Assembly: GCA_965218695.1 (NCBI GenBank)
Contig: OZ244651.1
Location: 1,088,001-1,152,000 of the forward strand
DNA from: Nitrosopumilus sp.
GTDB taxonomy: Archaea; Thermoproteota; Nitrososphaeria; Nitrososphaerales; Nitrosopumilaceae
Reading direction: 5' to 3'
DNA length: 64,000 nucleotides
This document shows, piece after piece, positions 59,464-64,000 of this stretch (positions are counted from its first letter, which is position 1; every line of letters starts with the position of its first letter). The translations under genes and the position numbers were made by a program. The notes beneath the pieces are model-generated. The model saw only the letters and a program-made list of their open reading frames with translations. It was not told the origin of the DNA and made no database searches.

Positions 59464-59721
59464 GTCTGGACTTTGGGCGCGCCAATAAAAAAATCTTCGG
59501 TTTATGGTGGCGTACTGAACGCACGATAACCCTGCCCACCCACCACCACGCGTGGCGGGATGACCCCTAATCATGCATGGCCGTCAAGACCCTCATGTTG
59601 AATGGAGCCATCCGAGCTATCCTGCTGCAAAAAACGATCCCAAAAACAGGGACTCACTCCAGACGCCGCCCTGAGGATTCCACAAAAGTTTTGGCAAAGG
59701 TAAAAACCTGCGTCCGGATGC

Positions 59722-59813
59722 GTACATACTCAGGTCCCCCTCAAACTCAGGCGTGAATATACGTAAAACAGTACATGTTTACGCCTAGACAATACCGGGA
59801 CCTGAGTATGTAC
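59722..59813. mobile_element. 92-bp MITE, IS66-like ends
   Basis: Perfect 17-bp TIR GTACATACTCAGGTCCC; 8-bp TSD CCGGATGC. Confidence 0.88.
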
Positions 59814-60089
59814 CCGGATGCATGTCGAATGTTATTATAATTATACTGTCAATCTAAATCTGTGAGAATCGACGCCCCCACCGCGTCTGGTATCCTGACG
59901 GTGTCTGTTCTATGTATCCTTGCCATATACATGGCCTCTGCGGGCCCCCCCACCGGTACTGATCTTTATGCTGATCCAAAACGTGTACGTATGCTCTCAT
60001 GCACAGATAACAGTCGGATGGCACACATGTAACCCCATCTCAGACATATTCTGCCCCTGAATGGAAATGACAACACGTACACACCACCC

Positions 60090-61316
60090 TCCCAGCTGGT
60101 CAGCGTCTCGTCGCTGATAACCTACGATGTCTTCGGGACGTACCTGAGCCCGTCTGCCACCGGCCGGCAGCTTATCCGGGCCTCCAGGCTCACGATACTG
60201 GTGTTTGGGATAGGCATGGGAATACTGGCATCTACGCTCTTCCAGTTCGGAGTCAGCCTGCAGTACGTCTATCTGCTGATGGGCATACTGATCGGTTCTG
60301 CCGTGGCGCCAATCTCGTTTTCCATACTCTGGCACAAGACAAACAGGTATGCTGCAACATCGGCAGCAATAGTGGGCCTGGTCTGCGGGGTTGTGGCATG
60401 GATTACGTCTGCAAACCTTGCCTCCGGCGAGATCACAATTGCCTCCACCGGAAGCCTGATTCCGTTGCTTGTGGGAAACATAACTGCCATAGTTACCAGC
60501 CTTGCAATTACCGTCATCGGCAGCATGGCCATTCCGGAGTCGTTTGACTTTCGCATCCTCAAACAGAAGATCCTGCTGGTCGATGACAAGGTGCGCTCGA
60601 TGCTAAAGCACGACACAGACGAACAGGTGCTGGCAAGGGCATCCAAGTTCTACAAGCGGGTAGGCTTTGGGGTGACAATATTCCTTGTGATAGTGTGGCC
60701 GATGTCGTTTTATCTTACCGAGTACGTCTTTACCGTCGAGTCGTTTACCGACTGGATAGTCCTTGTGGCGGTGTGGGCATTTGCAGCAGCAGCCGCAGTC
60801 GTGATACTGCCGTTTGTCGAGGCCAGGCAGAGCATCAGGATAATCATCACAAAGGCTGCCGACTCTGACATACAACGGGAGCCGGAGCAGGATCCGCCTG
60901 ACGCAGAGCCGGTGATGAAGATCCTGGTGCCTGTCGACGGCTCCTCAAGATCCCTCAACGCACTGAACAACGCAAACTACCTGTTCCGGGGCGCCGCATC
61001 TGTCAAGATATACCTGCTTCACGTCATAGAGTGGTCCGACGATGGCGAAAGCATCGACGATGATCTCAGCACACAGATACAGGACGAGGGCCGCGTGGTT
61101 CTCAGGAGCATCGTGGTGCCCAAACAGATCAACGACTATACCCGGATGGTCAAGCTTGGTGATCCCCCCACAAGGATAGCCGAACTTGCCGACAAGCTCG
61201 GGGTGGACCTGATTGCCATGGGGAGAAAGGGGCTGGGAAACACGGACAAAGACTACGGCCATGTCACGACGAAGGTCCTCAAGCTCACCTCAAAGCCGGT
61301 CATGCTGCTCAACTAG
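60090..61316 (+). pseudogene. 5'-truncated DUR3-like urea:sodium symporter fused to a USP domain
   Basis: Begins mid-protein (SQLVSVSSLITYDVF.TY..P.ATG); C-terminal KILVPVDGS...MGRKG...PV USP domain. Confidence 0.75.
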
Positions 61317-61421
61317 AATCGGCATTCAGGCGTCCTGGCCTGACGGCAGATATGCCTCTGGGAAGGATCGCATGGCGTGTGCATTCTCCGGCTCATCCAC
61401 CGGCAGCAGCAGCAGCATGGT

Positions 61422-62351
61422 TCAGTTCTTTCTCAGATCCGGAAACGGGGCTCCCCTGCACAACCTTCTGACATCTGCTGTAATCCCCAGAACCATATCT
61501 CTTACCTGTGATGCCCTACTCCCAAGTATCCTGACTAGCAGCCCTGCATCGTCCCTCATCCTGCTGACCCCGCCTTCATTTTCTGCATCCTGCGATATCC
61601 TGGAATGAATGATGCCCTCCAACTCCCGCACGTCACGTCTTGGGGCCAGTATGTAGACTGAGCCGACCGTGTCATGCTTCCCCATCACCCCGGGTGATTC
61701 CAGTCCCTGCACTGCCGGCTCCATGTTTGAGATGTCTAGAAACCTCCAGGCCCCCGACTGGTTCTGTGCAGCAGTCCTTAGATGGCACACGTCATACACG
61801 AAAGACTCCCCCATCGCAACCCTACCCGGCGCAAGCATCTCTGAGCAGACCAGTACTGCAGAGTCGTGCACGTTCAGGTCCACCCTCTGGTGGAACCTGG
61901 AGTTCCTGTACGGGATTATCTGATCCGGGACAAACTCCAGGTAGGCCCCACTCTCCAGCCTCATGTTGATCGTCTGTGCTGCCCAGTTGGCATTCATTCC
62001 GTATATTCTGGTGGCCCCCTGCGTTGTGATGTGCGCCATGGCATCCTTTCTCAGCGTAATGTCCATCCTGTGCCTGTCCCCCTGCAGGATGCCGCCTGAC
62101 GTGGACATGACGTACAGGTATGCCATGCCGGGACAGTGCAGGTCGTGGTACAGCGCCCTCTGCAGGTACATGGGGGGCTCTGAGAACTGTTCCCTGATGA
62201 CGGTCCTGTCCCCTGTGGCGTCGTCTTCAAGTATCACCCTGAGGTATCCGTTCCTTCCGGGCCCCACGATCCCGGGACGCCATGCCTCCGAGTCAAACTG
62301 CCTGATGCTGGCCGGAAGTACTGGTGGCGTGTAAAATTCCTGCCCCCTCAT
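61422..62351 (-). CDS. ureD: Urease accessory protein UreD
   Basis: SGGILQGD, TTQGATRIY, P.Q.IPY, PGRVAMGE. Confidence 0.92.
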   Translation of the reverse strand: MRGQEFYTPPVLPASIRQFDSEAWRPGIVGPGRNGYLRVILEDDATGDRTVIREQFSEPPMYLQRALYHDLHCPGMAYLYVMSTSGGILQGDRHRMDITLRKDAMAHITTQGATRIYGMNANWAAQTINMRLESGAYLEFVPDQIIPYRNSRFHQRVDLNVHDSAVLVCSEMLAPGRVAMGESFVYDVCHLRTAAQNQSGAWRFLDISNMEPAVQGLESPGVMGKHDTVGSVYILAPRRDVRELEGIIHSRISQDAENEGGVSRMRDDAGLLVRILGSRASQVRDMVLGITADVRRLCRGAPFPDLRKN

Positions 62352-62992
62352 GATGAAATCTTTGGTCCTGCGTCAAAGAGCACGTCGTGTATGATGTGCT
62401 CGGCCACGCTGCCGATTCCGTCGCCGGTCTTGCAGTTGACAAGCAGGGACGGCTTCTCCCCCCTGATGCGCCTGGCGTCATCCATCATGACATCCAGGCT
62501 GGCGCCTACCATGCCGGCCAGATCCGTCTTGTTGATTATCAAAAGATCGCAGCTGGTGATGCCAAGGCCGCCCTTCCTTGGATACTTGTCGCCGCCTGCA
62601 ACGTCTATGATGTACATGAAATAGTCTGCAAGGATGGGACTGAACGTGGTCGTTATGTTGTCCCCACCACTCTCTATGATGATCATGTCGATCTCGGGAT
62701 GCCTCTCCTCCATCTCCTCTATCACCGAGATGTTCATCGAGGGATCCTCCCTTATGGCAGTGTGCGGGCAGCCTCCTGTGGCCAGTCCTATGACAAGCTC
62801 CTCTGGCAGCAGCTCCTGCCTTGTTGCCAGGTTTGCCCTGATCCTGTCTGCATCCTCCTTGGATATGACATCATTGGAGATTATGCCTACCCTGTATCCG
62901 CGCCGTGCAAGCACCGGCACAACCATCTCTATTAACATGCTCTTGCCTGATCCTACCGGACCGCCTATTCCTATTCGGGGAACCCTGCCCAT
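62348..62992 (-). CDS. ureG: Urease accessory GTPase UreG
   Basis: GPVGSGKS, GGCPHTAIRED, ESGGDN, NKTD. Confidence 0.97.
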   Translation of the reverse strand: MGRVPRIGIGGPVGSGKSMLIEMVVPVLARRGYRVGIISNDVISKEDADRIRANLATRQELLPEELVIGLATGGCPHTAIREDPSMNISVIEEMEERHPEIDMIIIESGGDNITTTFSPILADYFMYIIDVAGGDKYPRKGGLGITSCDLLIINKTDLAGMVGASLDVMMDDARRIRGEKPSLLVNCKTGDGIGSVAEHIIHDVLFDAGPKISS

Positions 62993-63009
62993 TCAAGTAG
63001 ATCCAGACA

Positions 63010-63708
63010 TCATGTAATAAACATTTTAGCGTCTGTCTTCTCGTGCCGCATCTGGTTGATCTCGGTTTGTGGCGCAAACTGCCACACCTCTGAGACCGGC
63101 GCGTCTGCATACCTTCCTGCAGTCTCTGTGATTAGCGGCTTGAGCGAGTGGATGACCTCCTGGCCCTCGAGATGCTGGATCATTCCCAGGCGCAGCGAGG
63201 CACCCACATTTCCCGCTACAAAGCCGTACAGCAGCATGAGTACGGCCCTCTCCCCTCTGATTCCCAGGGCGTCACAGCACACCCCGAAGGAGACCGGATA
63301 CGTTCCGGTGAGCCTTCCCCCATTGATCTCTTCATTCCACCAATCCAGTATCTCCCCGTCTGCAAACCCGCCGACGCACCTTGCAAGCTGGTTGCCGGAT
63401 CTGGCAGAGGCCTCCCTGGTCTCCCTTATCATCCTGACAGACCCTGATATCTCATCGAGCTCCCTTATCCTGTCCCGGTCAGATGCCCCGGCAGCCTCGC
63501 ACGCGTTTGCAAGTATTACGCACTCGCACGGGCCCACCTGCTGCCTTATGCATGTCCTGTTGAACTCTGCAAGATCTTCTGCAGTGGTCACTGCCCCATC
63601 CAGAAACAGGCTCTCCAGCCCGTTTGAGGCTGCAAAGAGGCCAGTCGGGAACATAGAGTCTGTGATCTGCATCATGTCCAGCTCTGCTGCATGGTTATTC
63701 GTGTCCAT
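63010..63708 (-). CDS. ureF: Urease accessory protein UreF
   Basis: DSMFPTG.FA.S.GLE; C-terminal HE...KMFIT. Confidence 0.93.
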   Translation of the reverse strand: MDTNNHAAELDMMQITDSMFPTGLFAASNGLESLFLDGAVTTAEDLAEFNRTCIRQQVGPCECVILANACEAAGASDRDRIRELDEISGSVRMIRETREASARSGNQLARCVGGFADGEILDWWNEEINGGRLTGTYPVSFGVCCDALGIRGERAVLMLLYGFVAGNVGASLRLGMIQHLEGQEVIHSLKPLITETAGRYADAPVSEVWQFAPQTEINQMRHEKTDAKMFIT

Positions 63709-64000
63709 GGACGTCGGCTCCTGCATGCGGGATGAACACAATCTCCTCCTGCGACATTGTGATGTGGTCTGCCATGTCTGCAAAGATCTTCTGAAATGTC
63801 TCGAGTTCGGAATCTGCCTGGATGGGAAACGATATGGTGTCCCCTGATACGGCCACCGGCCTGTGCATGTTTCCTATCCTGTGTCCTATGAGCACGGCGG
63901 TACCTGCCTGCACGTCTCTGGCAGTTATGGAGATCACCTTCTCGGGCATCTGCTGGATCAGTATGGATCTGCCGCCGGCCTCGAAGATGTCCCCGTGGTG
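63695..64000 (-). CDS. ureE: Urease accessory protein UreE, partial
   Basis: GHRIGNMH motif and His-rich tail; runs off the window end. Confidence 0.9.
   Translation of the reverse strand, partial: HHGDIFEAGGRSILIQQMPEKVISITARDVQAGTAVLIGHRIGNMHRPVAVSGDTISFPIQADSELETFQKIFADMADHITMSQEEIVFIPHAGADVHGHE

Overview
This 64-kb window is from an ammonia-oxidising archaeon (Nitrosopumilaceae-like Thaumarchaeota). The evidence is the acetyl/propionyl-CoA carboxylase trio, the archaeal nuoABCDHIJKMLN operon, rfcL, ureEFGD and archaeal tRNAs. It carries a very high mobile-element load: 15 IS/transposons (IS66, IS5-like, IS630, IS481, IS6) plus a MITE, most delimited here by their TIRs and target duplications. 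This load, with many IS-shattered genes, suggests a host-associated lineage such as a sponge symbiont (inference). Bases 1-24 kb are an accessory region around a tRNA-Lys-linked tyrosine integrase; 24-64 kb is mostly core genes, with an IS cluster at 35.5-42.8 kb. The best novelty candidates are: (1) a 2.7-kb IS6-family transposon (21206-23904; 30-bp TIRs, 8-bp TSD) carrying its own atypical tRNA-Leu(UAA), a SWIM/Zn-ribbon DDE transposase, and a divergent AbrB-like regulator with nine AGGTTA(T) boxes; (2) a phased array of five short hairpins with compensatory stem changes (13.6-13.75 kb) inside a ~1.8-kb structured non-coding region that also has 27-bp tandem repeats; (3) an MNT-HEPN module with three A-run frameshifts and an IS in each gene. 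All calls are from reading the sequence; no database searches were run.
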